From the NCBI GenBank assembly GCA_965243205.1, contig CBDEUK010000002.1:2048001-2112000 (forward strand): 64,000 nt of DNA. The letters run 5' to 3'. The translations under genes and the position numbers were made by a program. The notes beneath the pieces were generated by a model. That model saw only the letters and a list, made by a program, of their open reading frames with translations, was not told where the DNA came from and did not search any database. Every line of letters starts with the position of its first letter. Position 1 is the stretch's first letter. This DNA comes from Gammaproteobacteria bacterium (GTDB lineage Bacteria; Pseudomonadota; Gammaproteobacteria; Eutrophobiales; Eutrophobiaceae). This document shows, one piece after another, positions 22,249 to 30,835 of this stretch.

Positions 22249-22896
22249 TTAAATAGTAGTACCAAATTGTTGTCTGTAAAGTTGAATACTCTCTAAATGT
22301 TTTGTCATATTAGAACGAGACTCTAAATATGTGATTAGATTCTCTAAATTAATAATACTCGCAACTTTTATGCGATGTTTTTGTTGGACTTCTTGAATCG
22401 CAGATAATTCCGTTTGGCCTTTTTCTTGTCGATCTAATGCAATCACTACACCAGATGTTTTCGCGCCAGCTTGTTCGATTAAATCCACAGATAAATTTAC
22501 GGAAGTCCCCGCTGAAATCACATCGTCTACAATAACAACATTACCTTGTAGTTTTGCTCCCATCGTAATACCGCCCTCACCATGATCCTTTGCCTCTTTT
22601 CGATTAAAACAATAAGGTATATTCAGTTTATAATCGTTATTTAAAGCGATGCTGATGGCAGAACCTAAGGGGATGCCTTTATACGCAGGCCCAAATATCA
22701 TATCGAACTCGATAGCGGATTCCTTGAGAGCTTTAGCGTAATATTGGCCTAATTTGTTAAGACTGTTACCATCATTGAACAAGCCCGAATTAAAAAAATA
22801 AGGGCTGACTCGGCCAGACTTTAATGTAAATTCGCCAAAACGTAGAACTTGATATTCAGTGGCGAGCTCAATGAATTCATATTGGTAATCTTGCAT
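22249..22896 (-). CDS. pyrE: Orotate phosphoribosyltransferase
   Basis: FGEFTLKSGRVSPYFFN, GPAYKGI, RKEAKDHGEGG, VDDVISAG. Confidence 0.98.
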   Translation of the reverse strand: MQDYQYEFIELATEYQVLRFGEFTLKSGRVSPYFFNSGLFNDGNSLNKLGQYYAKALKESAIEFDMIFGPAYKGIPLGSAISIALNNDYKLNIPYCFNRKEAKDHGEGGITMGAKLQGNVVIVDDVISAGTSVNLSVDLIEQAGAKTSGVVIALDRQEKGQTELSAIQEVQQKHRIKVASIINLENLITYLESRSNMTKHLESIQLYRQQFGTTI

Positions 22897-22951
22897 ACAA
22901 GAAATTATAACGATTATTAAAGCGTAATCCTAATTCACAGTAGATTTTATT

Positions 22952-23725
22952 ATGAAAATTATTTCTTTAAATTTAAACGGTATTCGTGCCGCTCATCGTA
23001 AAGGTTTTTTAGATTGGCTATATAAAGAATCACCAGATGTTATATGTTTTCAAGAGACCAAGGCTCAAGTAGAACAGCTAAGTGATGAATTGATTAATCC
23101 AAACGATTATTTTGCTTACTTCAATGATGCAGAAAAAAAAGGATACAGTGGGGTTGCTGTGTATAGCAAACAAAAGCCAGATAAAGTGGTTAATAAACTT
23201 GGTTGGGAACATGCTGATATAGAAGGCCGTTACTTACAATTAGATTTTGGAAAATTGAGTGTAGTTTCTCTATATATGCCTTCTGGTTCTTCGAGTGAAG
23301 AAAGACAAGATATCAAATTTGATTTTATGGATAAATATATGCCGATTTTAAAAAAACAACGACGGCAAAAAAGAAATTATATTATCTGTGGCGATTGGAA
23401 TATCGCACATAAACAAATCGATTTAAAAAATTGGCGTGGTAATCAAAAGAACTCTGGGTTCTTACCAGAAGAACGAGCTTGGATGGATGAGCTATTCGAT
23501 AAAGTTGGAATGGTCGATGCGTTTCGTGAGGTCAATCAGGAGGAGGATCAATTTACTTGGTGGTCAAATCGTGGCCAAGCTTGGGCAAAGAACGTGGGGT
23601 GGCGTATAGATTATCAAATCGTGTCGCCTGATTTAAAAGATAAAATTCAAAGCGCTGATATTTATAAAGACGAACGGTTTTCCGATCATGCGCCGTTGAT
23701 TATTGAATACGATATGGAATTATAA
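22952..23725 (+). CDS. xth: Exodeoxyribonuclease III family protein (position of Crc/Xth-like gene)
   Basis: NLNGIRA, QETK, GDWNIAH, GWRIDY, SDHAP. Confidence 0.9.
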   Translation: MKIISLNLNGIRAAHRKGFLDWLYKESPDVICFQETKAQVEQLSDELINPNDYFAYFNDAEKKGYSGVAVYSKQKPDKVVNKLGWEHADIEGRYLQLDFGKLSVVSLYMPSGSSSEERQDIKFDFMDKYMPILKKQRRQKRNYIICGDWNIAHKQIDLKNWRGNQKNSGFLPEERAWMDELFDKVGMVDAFREVNQEEDQFTWWSNRGQAWAKNVGWRIDYQIVSPDLKDKIQSADIYKDERFSDHAPLIIEYDMEL

Positions 23726-24313
23726 AAATCGAAATGGAATAGCTGTTAATTGATAGCCTAAATCCATAATCGGTGCGACGATTAATTGCAACGACAAATA
23801 CAATAATAATAAAGCAACCATTGGTGACCAATCTAATCCCCCTGTAACCGGCACAACATTTCTAATTTGTGTCATCAGAGGGTTTGTAAGTTGATGAATT
23901 ATGACTGTTAGAGGGTTATATGCACTTGGGTTAATCCAACTTATCACTACCATTACAAAGATCATCACAATATAAATAAAAATCGCTAATTGAATTAATT
24001 TACCGATGGTCAATACGAGTAGTCCTAATAAGTCAGGAAAACTACCTGTAAATAACGCTGTTAAGAAAATAATTTCTATCGCTTGAATTAAAATTAATAG
24101 CACAATGGATGGCCAATCAATACCAGCAAACCCTGGTATTAGTCTTCGAAGTATTTTCAAGGGTGGGTTTGTTACATTGACAATAGTTTGTGATATTGGA
24201 TTGTAAAAATCAGCTCTTACCAATTGCAGCAAGAAACGTAGCATAACAATCATAAGATAAATGCCAAAAATGAATTGCACTAAAGTGATTCCAGCATTAA
24301 CTAAATAAGACAT
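23720..24313 (-). CDS. yggT: YggT family membrane protein
   Basis: RADFYNPISQ, ISWINP, GGLDWSP. Confidence 0.92.
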   Translation of the reverse strand: MSYLVNAGITLVQFIFGIYLMIVMLRFLLQLVRADFYNPISQTIVNVTNPPLKILRRLIPGFAGIDWPSIVLLILIQAIEIIFLTALFTGSFPDLLGLLVLTIGKLIQLAIFIYIVMIFVMVVISWINPSAYNPLTVIIHQLTNPLMTQIRNVVPVTGGLDWSPMVALLLLYLSLQLIVAPIMDLGYQLTAIPFRFL

Positions 24314-24326
24314 TATCGATTCCTAA

Positions 24327-25154
24327 TTATTTATCAGATATCTTGGCCAATTCTTTTGAACGTATTACTGCCTGTTGTAGCGCATGTGATAGAGTCTTTT
24401 CTATATTATCATCTAACATAGAATTAATAGCTGCCTCTGTTGTACCGCCAGGTGAAGTAACATTTTTTCGTAATTGTTCTATAGTGTTATCAGAAGCATT
24501 GGCCATATTAGCGGCACCAAGAGCTGTTTGATGAACTAATAGTTTTGCTATATCAGGTTCTAAACCCATTTTCTCGGCTGTTTTTAAAAAGATCTCCATG
24601 AATAAAAAATAATACGCAGGTCCGCTACCTGAAATAGCTGTTACTACATCAATTAACTCTTCTTTCTCTACCCAGACTGATATGCCAACAGAGTTCATAA
24701 TCTTTTCAGCGATATTTTTTTGCTCGTCTGAGACTTGGTTATTTGCATATAAGCCTGATGCGCCTAAATTAATCAAAGAAGGAGTATTTGGCATGACACG
24801 TATAACCGCTGAATTTTTAGAAAGTATATTTTCAATACTGTGACAGGTTATGCCTGCTGCAATGGAAACAATTAAACAATTATCCGAAACAAATGACTTA
24901 ATAGAGTTTAAAGTATCGATTAAAACTTGCGGTTTAACAGCTAACACCAATACATCAGATGTTCCAATTGCTTGATGATTTTCAGGATACGCATCAATGC
25001 CATATTTATTTTTTATATTTTCACCTTTTTGTATATCGGGTTCGATAGCAATAATGTCAGATGTTGGGTAGCCTGATTTAGTTAAGCCGCCAATAATGCT
25101 GCCGCCCATATTGCCACAGCCGATAAAACAGATTTTTGAGTTATTGTTATTCAT
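24327..25154 (-). CDS. proC: Pyrroline-5-carboxylate reductase
   Basis: GCGNMG, LAVKPQ, RVMPNTP, SGSGPAY, VTSPGGTT. Confidence 0.97.
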   Translation of the reverse strand: MNNNNSKICFIGCGNMGGSIIGGLTKSGYPTSDIIAIEPDIQKGENIKNKYGIDAYPENHQAIGTSDVLVLAVKPQVLIDTLNSIKSFVSDNCLIVSIAAGITCHSIENILSKNSAVIRVMPNTPSLINLGASGLYANNQVSDEQKNIAEKIMNSVGISVWVEKEELIDVVTAISGSGPAYYFLFMEIFLKTAEKMGLEPDIAKLLVHQTALGAANMANASDNTIEQLRKNVTSPGGTTEAAINSMLDDNIEKTLSHALQQAVIRSKELAKISDK

Positions 25155-25193
25155 TCGAGATAGTCTACCGTTTTTGTTAAGTCATAGACATGG

Positions 25194-25877
25194 TCAATCT
25201 CTGGGACCAAATACCGCAGTTCCGATTCTTACCATCGTCGAACCGGCTGCAATCGCGGCTTCTAAATCTTGACTGGTTCCCATCGAGAGAGTGTCCATTT
25301 CATAGCCTTGTTTGTTTAATTGTACGAGTAGTGTTGATAGCTCTTTGCATTGCTCGTATTGCACTGAAAATTCTTTTGAGGGCAAGGGCAATGTCATCAA
25401 ACCACGTAATTGGAGATTCTTTAGTTCTGATACTGCGGCAACTAACTCATCTAGTTCGTCAGCAGAAATACCTGATTTTGACTCTTCCTCACTGATATTC
25501 ACTTGAATACATACATTCAATGGCGGCAAATCATCTGGTCGAGAATTTGACAGTCTTTGGGCGATTTTTAATCGATCGATACTGTGTACCCAATGAAAAT
25601 TTTCAGCAATTTGAGTAGTTTTATTCGATTGAATTGGGCCGATAAAGTGCCAAACAATGTTTTTTTCAGCGATCGATGAGATTTTAGTCAAAGCTTCTTG
25701 TAGGTAATTCTCTCCAAAATCACGTTGCCCTAGTTGGTATAAACTCTGTATATCTTCAATGGGTTTTCGTTTGCTTACTGCTAATAATTTGACCGAATTT
25801 GTTGCCCGTTCGTATTGCTTCTCATGAGCAGATAGTTGCTCAAGTATTTGGCTGTATCGACCGTTAAGCTGATTCAT
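25194..25877 (-). CDS. yggS: PLP homeostasis protein
   Basis: LLAVSK, FGENYLQE, WHFIGPIQSNKT, VRIGTAVFG. Confidence 0.96.
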   Translation of the reverse strand: MNQLNGRYSQILEQLSAHEKQYERATNSVKLLAVSKRKPIEDIQSLYQLGQRDFGENYLQEALTKISSIAEKNIVWHFIGPIQSNKTTQIAENFHWVHSIDRLKIAQRLSNSRPDDLPPLNVCIQVNISEEESKSGISADELDELVAAVSELKNLQLRGLMTLPLPSKEFSVQYEQCKELSTLLVQLNKQGYEMDTLSMGTSQDLEAAIAAGSTMVRIGTAVFGPRD

Positions 25878-26028
25878 AGTATTAGCAGTAGTTAAATTTG
25901 AAAAAAGTCAGTATTATTGGGATCTTAATCACAAAAGTGAAAGTAGTTTTTAATTAATATCCAGTCAATTAAAACGAAATATGAGACCAATCATATGTAC
26001 GATGATACATCTAAGATAGGAGTACTCA

Positions 26029-27063
26029 ATGGATATCGGTGAACTTCTCGCCTTTGGCGTCAAAAATGGCTGTTCGGACTTACATTTATCGGCCGGTCTA
26101 CCACCTATGATTCGGGTTGATGGCGATATTCGACGCATCAACGTTCCATCGCTAGATCATAAAGACGTTCATGACATGGTGTATGACATCATGAACGATA
26201 AGCAGCGTAAAGATTACGAAGAATTCTTGGAATGCGATTTCTCATTCGAAGTTCCAGGCTTGGCCCGTTTCAGGGTCAATGCATTTAACCAAAATCGTGG
26301 TGCAGGTGCGGTATTTCGTACCATTCCTTCTGATATTCTTACCTTGGAAAATCTTAATGCACCAGCTATTTTTAAAGATATATCCGATTATCCGCGTGGT
26401 GTGGTATTGGTAACGGGGCCAACAGGTTCAGGTAAATCAACCACTCTGGCAGCAATGGTCGATCATAAAAATAATAATGAATACGGTCATATTTTAACGG
26501 TTGAAGACCCAATTGAATTCGTACATGAATCGAAAAAATGTTTGATTAACCAACGTGAGGTTCATAGGGATACTTTAGGATTTAATGAGGCGCTTCGTTC
26601 AGCGTTGCGTGAAGACCCTGATGTGATTCTAGTTGGTGAGATGCGTGATTTGGAAACGATTCGCCTAGCATTGACCGCTGCTGAAACCGGACACTTAGTG
26701 TTTGGAACATTGCATACCAGTTCAGCGGCTAAGACTATTGACCGGGTTGTAGATGTATTTCCTGCTGAAGAGAAAGATATGATTCGGGCGATGTTATCGG
26801 AATCGTTACGAGCGGTAATTTCGCAAACCTTATTGAAGAAACACGGTGGTGGTCGTATTGCGGCTCATGAAATCATGATCGGTACTGCGGCGATTCGAAA
26901 CTTGATTCGTGAGAATAAAATCGCACAAATGTACTCGGCGATTCAAACTGGTCAGCAGTTTGGTATGCAGACACTGGATCAAAATTTACAAGAGTTGGTT
27001 TCTAAGGGTTTAGTGAATCGTAATGAAGCACGTGCCAAGGCAGTTAATAAAGATAACTTCTAA
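26029..27063 (+). CDS. pilT: Type IV pilus retraction ATPase PilT
   Basis: SDLHLSAG, Walker A GPTGSGKST, EDPIE, His box, AIRNLIRE. Confidence 0.98.
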   Translation: MDIGELLAFGVKNGCSDLHLSAGLPPMIRVDGDIRRINVPSLDHKDVHDMVYDIMNDKQRKDYEEFLECDFSFEVPGLARFRVNAFNQNRGAGAVFRTIPSDILTLENLNAPAIFKDISDYPRGVVLVTGPTGSGKSTTLAAMVDHKNNNEYGHILTVEDPIEFVHESKKCLINQREVHRDTLGFNEALRSALREDPDVILVGEMRDLETIRLALTAAETGHLVFGTLHTSSAAKTIDRVVDVFPAEEKDMIRAMLSESLRAVISQTLLKKHGGGRIAAHEIMIGTAAIRNLIRENKIAQMYSAIQTGQQFGMQTLDQNLQELVSKGLVNRNEARAKAVNKDNF

Positions 27064-27118
27064 TTTTATTTAGCTAGATATAGATAAGGTAAAGACGGTT
27101 TTAAAGTGAGGTAAACGA

Positions 27119-28285
27119 ATGGAAAGAGAACAGGCGATAAAATTCATGCGGGATCTTCTCAAGCTAATGGTTGAGAAGAAAGGCTCAGATTTATTTGTTA
27201 CTGTTGGATTTCCGCCAGCGATTAAAATTTCCGGTAAAGTCACGCCTGTTTCTAAAACCGAATTAACGCCTGAAAATACCAAAGCGATGGCTTATGCCAT
27301 CATGAACGATAAACAGCTCAAAGAATATGAGGCGACGAAAGAATGTAACTTTGCCGTAGCACCAGTCGGTATCGGTCGTTTCCGTGCCAATGCGTATATA
27401 CAACAAGGTCATTGTGGTTTGGTATTACGTACGATTGAAACCGAAGTTCCAACTATTGATAAATTGGGCTTACCAGAAGTGATGCGTGATGTGGCAATGA
27501 CTAAGAATGGTTTAGTGATTATGGTTGGTGGTACTGGTTCTGGTAAATCAACCTCACTTGCTGCAATGATCGATCATCGTAATACCAATAGTTATGGTCA
27601 TATTATTACAATTGAGGATCCAATCGAGTACGTACATCAACACAAGAACTGCATCATCATGCAACGTGAAGTCGGTGTTGATACTGATGATTGGGAGATC
27701 GCACTTAAAAATACTCTAAGACAAGCTCCCGATGTGATCTTATTAGGTGAGATTCGAGATCGTGAAACAATGGAGTTTGGAATTGCTTTTGCTGAAACGG
27801 GTCACTTAGCCATGGCTACCCTGCATGCTAACAGCTCAAACCAAGCATTAGATCGTATTATTAACTTCTTCCCGGAAGAACGCCGCACTCAATTGTTAAT
27901 GGACTTATCGTTAAACTTAAAAGCGGTTATCTCACAAAGACTATTAAAAAGCGTCGATGGCAAAGGTCGTGTCGCGGCGATTGAGATATTATTGAATTCG
28001 CCGTTGATAGCAGATTTAATTCTTAAAGGTGAAGTTCACGAAATCAAAAACATTATGTCTAAGTCTAATGAGTTAGGTATGAAGACATTTGACCAAGCAC
28101 TATTTGATCTTTATGAAGCAGATAAAATTACTTATGAAGATGCGTTGCGCAACGCAGATTCTATGAATGAACTACGTCTAAGAATTAAACTTGAAGGCAA
28201 AGCAGCCAAAGATGCAGACGTTATGGATGGTCTTGATCATCTAAGTCTTGAAGAAGATGATAAAGAAAAAGGCTTTGTTCGTTAA
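27119..28285 (+). CDS. pilU: Type IV pilus ATPase PilU
   Basis: GSDLFVTVGFPP, GGTGSGKSTS, LRQAPDV, TLHANSSNQALDRI, ALRNADS. Confidence 0.93.
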   Translation: MEREQAIKFMRDLLKLMVEKKGSDLFVTVGFPPAIKISGKVTPVSKTELTPENTKAMAYAIMNDKQLKEYEATKECNFAVAPVGIGRFRANAYIQQGHCGLVLRTIETEVPTIDKLGLPEVMRDVAMTKNGLVIMVGGTGSGKSTSLAAMIDHRNTNSYGHIITIEDPIEYVHQHKNCIIMQREVGVDTDDWEIALKNTLRQAPDVILLGEIRDRETMEFGIAFAETGHLAMATLHANSSNQALDRIINFFPEERRTQLLMDLSLNLKAVISQRLLKSVDGKGRVAAIEILLNSPLIADLILKGEVHEIKNIMSKSNELGMKTFDQALFDLYEADKITYEDALRNADSMNELRLRIKLEGKAAKDADVMDGLDHLSLEEDDKEKGFVR

Positions 28286-28313
28286 TAACATTCTAACCAC
28301 ATAATAAATCGTA

Positions 28314-29372
28314 ATGGATATTTCACCTTATCTAAAACTAATGGTCGATAAGAATGCTTCCGACTTATTTTTTACCGTCGGTAGCCCTGTCAAAATTAAA
28401 ATCGAAGGTAAAACTACTTCAGTTGGTAAAACCATGCTCACGCCCGAGTTAACACAAGCAGCTGCTTTTGGGATCATGAATGATTTCCAAAAGAAACAGT
28501 TTGAAGAGACTTTAGAATGTGATTTTGCGATTTCATTACCTGATGGTTCATCGCGTTTCCGGGTAAATGTTTTTAGGCAGCGTGGTGATATGGCGATGGT
28601 ATTACGTTTAATTCCATCGGATATACCAACTATTTATGAACTTTTGTTGCCAGATGTATTAAATGATTTAGTTTTAAATAAACGCGGTTTAATTTTAATG
28701 GTTGGTGCAACTGGTTCGGGTAAATCAACAACCTTGGCAGCAATGGTTAATCATCGAAATGAAAGTATGAGTGGCCATATTTTAACGATTGAAGATCCAG
28801 TTGAGTTTAGTCATCCCAATAAAAAATCCATTGTGAACCAACGAGAAGTTGGAGTTGATACTTTATCCTACAAAAACGCATTAAAGTCCTGTTTGCGTGA
28901 AGCACCTGATGTGATTTTAATAGGTGAGATTCGTGAGCGTCTTACTATGGAGACCGCACTTGAATTGTGTAATACAGGTCACTTAGCACTTTCAACTCTG
29001 CATGCTAATAACGCTAACCAAGCGATGGAACGTGTGGTTAATATGTTTCCTCAGGAATACCATAAACAATTATTTATGGATTTATCATTGAATTTACGAG
29101 CGGTTATCTCTCAACGCTTAGTAACTGGGGTGGATGGAAAACGTGTAGCAGCTGTTGAGATTCTGATTAATACACCACATATTGCTGAGTTAATATTAAA
29201 AGGCGATTTGCATGAAATAAAACAAGCGATGGAAGATAGCGGACAAAAAGGCATGCAAACATTCGATTCCGCGCTGTTTAATTTATACAAGGAAGGAAGA
29301 ATCGAACTAGAAGAAGCATTAAACAATGCGGATTCTCGAACCAACCTTGAAGCAAAAATCAACTTCGGTTAA
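28314..29372 (+). CDS. Second PilU-family ATPase
   Basis: ASDLFFTVG, GATGSGKSTT, LREAPDV, TLHANNANQAMER, ALNNADS. Confidence 0.9.
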   Translation: MDISPYLKLMVDKNASDLFFTVGSPVKIKIEGKTTSVGKTMLTPELTQAAAFGIMNDFQKKQFEETLECDFAISLPDGSSRFRVNVFRQRGDMAMVLRLIPSDIPTIYELLLPDVLNDLVLNKRGLILMVGATGSGKSTTLAAMVNHRNESMSGHILTIEDPVEFSHPNKKSIVNQREVGVDTLSYKNALKSCLREAPDVILIGEIRERLTMETALELCNTGHLALSTLHANNANQAMERVVNMFPQEYHKQLFMDLSLNLRAVISQRLVTGVDGKRVAAVEILINTPHIAELILKGDLHEIKQAMEDSGQKGMQTFDSALFNLYKEGRIELEEALNNADSRTNLEAKINFG

Positions 29373-29397
29373 AAATACTATTCAAGCGTAATTTAAC

Positions 29398-29802
29398 ATG
29401 CGCAAACATGAACGTTTTGATACTCGAATTCCTATTCATTTTAAGAAATCGGAAGTGCAATCTTTACTGCCATCAAACCTAGTAAATATCAGTCTTGGAG
29501 GTTTATCTTTTTCTCTTGTTGATCCAATAACTATTGGTGATGAAGTGATGATCTCTATTAATCATATTGAGCCTCCAGTCGAATTGACGGGAAATATACG
29601 ATGGTGCCGTAAATTTTCTGAACGATATGAAGTTGGATTAGAGTTTAATAATTTAAGTGATCCATTTTTATCAAGAATGCTTCGACAAATTTGTGAGATA
29701 GAAAAATATAGGGCTAATCAGTTAAAAGAATACGACCGAGAGATTTCGAGTGAGCAAGCGGCTGAAGAATGGATCGTGAAGTATGCAGCGGAGTTTAAAT
29801 GA
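29398..29802 (+). CDS. PilZ domain protein (c-di-GMP-binding type)
   Basis: RKHER (RxxxR), NISLGG (NxSxxG), YEVGLEF, helical C-tail EQAAEEWIVKYA. Confidence 0.85.
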   Translation: MRKHERFDTRIPIHFKKSEVQSLLPSNLVNISLGGLSFSLVDPITIGDEVMISINHIEPPVELTGNIRWCRKFSERYEVGLEFNNLSDPFLSRMLRQICEIEKYRANQLKEYDREISSEQAAEEWIVKYAAEFK

Positions 29803-29817
29803 ATTTATAAATTATGG

Positions 29818-29850
29818 ATAAAAAGAAAGGGGCCATTAGGCCCCTTTCTT
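29818..29850. terminator. Intrinsic terminator between convergent PilZ and pqqA genes, probably bidirectional
   Basis: Perfect 12-bp stem AAGAAAGGGGCC-ATTA-GGCCCCTTTCTT (29823-29850); T-rich tail on the - strand. Confidence 0.88.
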
Positions 29851-29871
29851 GTATCTTTCAACAGTAACGAA

Positions 29872-29946
29872 TTACTTGTTGTTGATGTACATGGTTACTT
29901 CAAAACCAAAACGGATATCGTTGTAAGCAGGTGTTTCCCATTTCAT
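29872..29946 (-). CDS. pqqA: Pyrroloquinoline quinone precursor peptide PqqA (not in ORF track)
   Basis: Manual translation MKWETPAYNDIRFGFEVTMYINNK*: WxxP, R.GFEVTMY with the ExxxY core; SD GAGGG upstream. Confidence 0.95.
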   Translation of the reverse strand: MKWETPAYNDIRFGFEVTMYINNK

Positions 29947-29994
29947 GATAGTACCCTCTTTGTTAAGTTAATCGAAAAATCTTACTATCTATAA

Positions 29995-30011
29995 AGCAGT
30001 GCGCATGCCAA
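29995..30011 (-). promoter_or_regulatory. sigma54 (-24/-12) promoter of pqqA
   Basis: - strand TTGGCATGCGCACTGCT = GG-N10-GC matching TGGCA-N7-TGCW; predicted +1 near 29984. Confidence 0.7.
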
Positions 30012-30040
30012 AATTGACAAAAACAAGAAATATTAAATAA

Positions 30041-30053
30041 AAACAATACCTTA
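30041..30053 (+). promoter_or_regulatory. IHF-like binding site between pqqA promoter and putative enhancer
   Basis: AAACAATACCTTA, one mismatch to WATCAANNNNTTR, with an A-rich tract on its 5' side. Confidence 0.45.
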
Positions 30054-30092
30054 TAGGGTTTTTAAGGTCTGGTTGTATAATTGGTTACTATT

Positions 30093-30136
30093 AAAACTGG
30101 TTATTAATAACCAGTTTTTTGGTTGTTAATAACCAA
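30093..30136. promoter_or_regulatory. Tandem palindromic boxes TGGTT-N6-AACCA (putative upstream activator sequence; alternatively a terminator)
   Basis: TGGTTATTAATAACCA (30098-30113, inside a perfect 26-bp palindrome 30093-30118) and TGGTTGTTAATAACCA (30120-30135), 22 bp apart. Confidence 0.55.
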
Positions 30137-30138
30137 TT

Positions 30139-30807
30139 TTATGGTTCTAAATCAGTTTTAAGCTGTAGTAATGTATGATTACTTAGATGATATTTTTTCT
30201 CAAAGGGTGTGAGATATTCCGAAATCTCGAGTTGTCTCGTCGAAGACTCGTAACCTATTATTCGAAGAGCTTCCGCTAATTCTTGTATATAAATAGACCA
30301 ATTACTTCTGCATTCAAGTATGCCTCCCAGTTTTAAGATAGTAGGAAATATTGCATGGCCATGCCATCGGCGTTGCAGATGTTTCTTTTTCGGCCAAGGA
30401 TTTGGATAGAGTAAATAATGTTTTTTGGGTTGCCAGTTAGCGGCGAGTGCTAAGCGCCAGAAATCGACTAATTCAGCACGCACTAAAATAATATTTTTAT
30501 GTTGATAATAACTATTTTGTTGTAGTCGGGCATGTAGTCTAAATTCCGATTTATCAATACCAATCACTAAATGATCAGGGTATTTTTGGGCAAGGTTAAA
30601 AGTACTTGTGCCGTTACCACATCCTGAATCTAAAATGAGTGGAAAAGAACTTTTTCGACGAAGAGAGTCAACGTGTGAAAAAATTTCTTCACTAAAAGGT
30701 TTATATGGTTGTAAGAAAATTGAAGACTGATGTTTTAAAACGGTAGAGCTTAGATCTGGATGGATGTCATCTTGGTTAGAAACGATGACACGAGAGTTGG
30801 ACTGCAT
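30139..30807 (-). CDS. TrmB-like SAM-dependent methyltransferase
   Basis: ILDSGCGNG, GIDKS, YPNPWPKKKHLQRRW, TPFEKKY. Confidence 0.75.
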   Translation of the reverse strand: MQSNSRVIVSNQDDIHPDLSSTVLKHQSSIFLQPYKPFSEEIFSHVDSLRRKSSFPLILDSGCGNGTSTFNLAQKYPDHLVIGIDKSEFRLHARLQQNSYYQHKNIILVRAELVDFWRLALAANWQPKKHYLLYPNPWPKKKHLQRRWHGHAIFPTILKLGGILECRSNWSIYIQELAEALRIIGYESSTRQLEISEYLTPFEKKYHLSNHTLLQLKTDLEP

Positions 30808-30835
30808 GAATGTAGATATCGGACTAAATCAATGC

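Noticed and set aside
30070-30146. Palindromic repeats as a degenerate CRISPR array or IS ends
   Set aside because: Only two full units with a 6-bp gap, no spacers, and no cas or transposase genes in the window.
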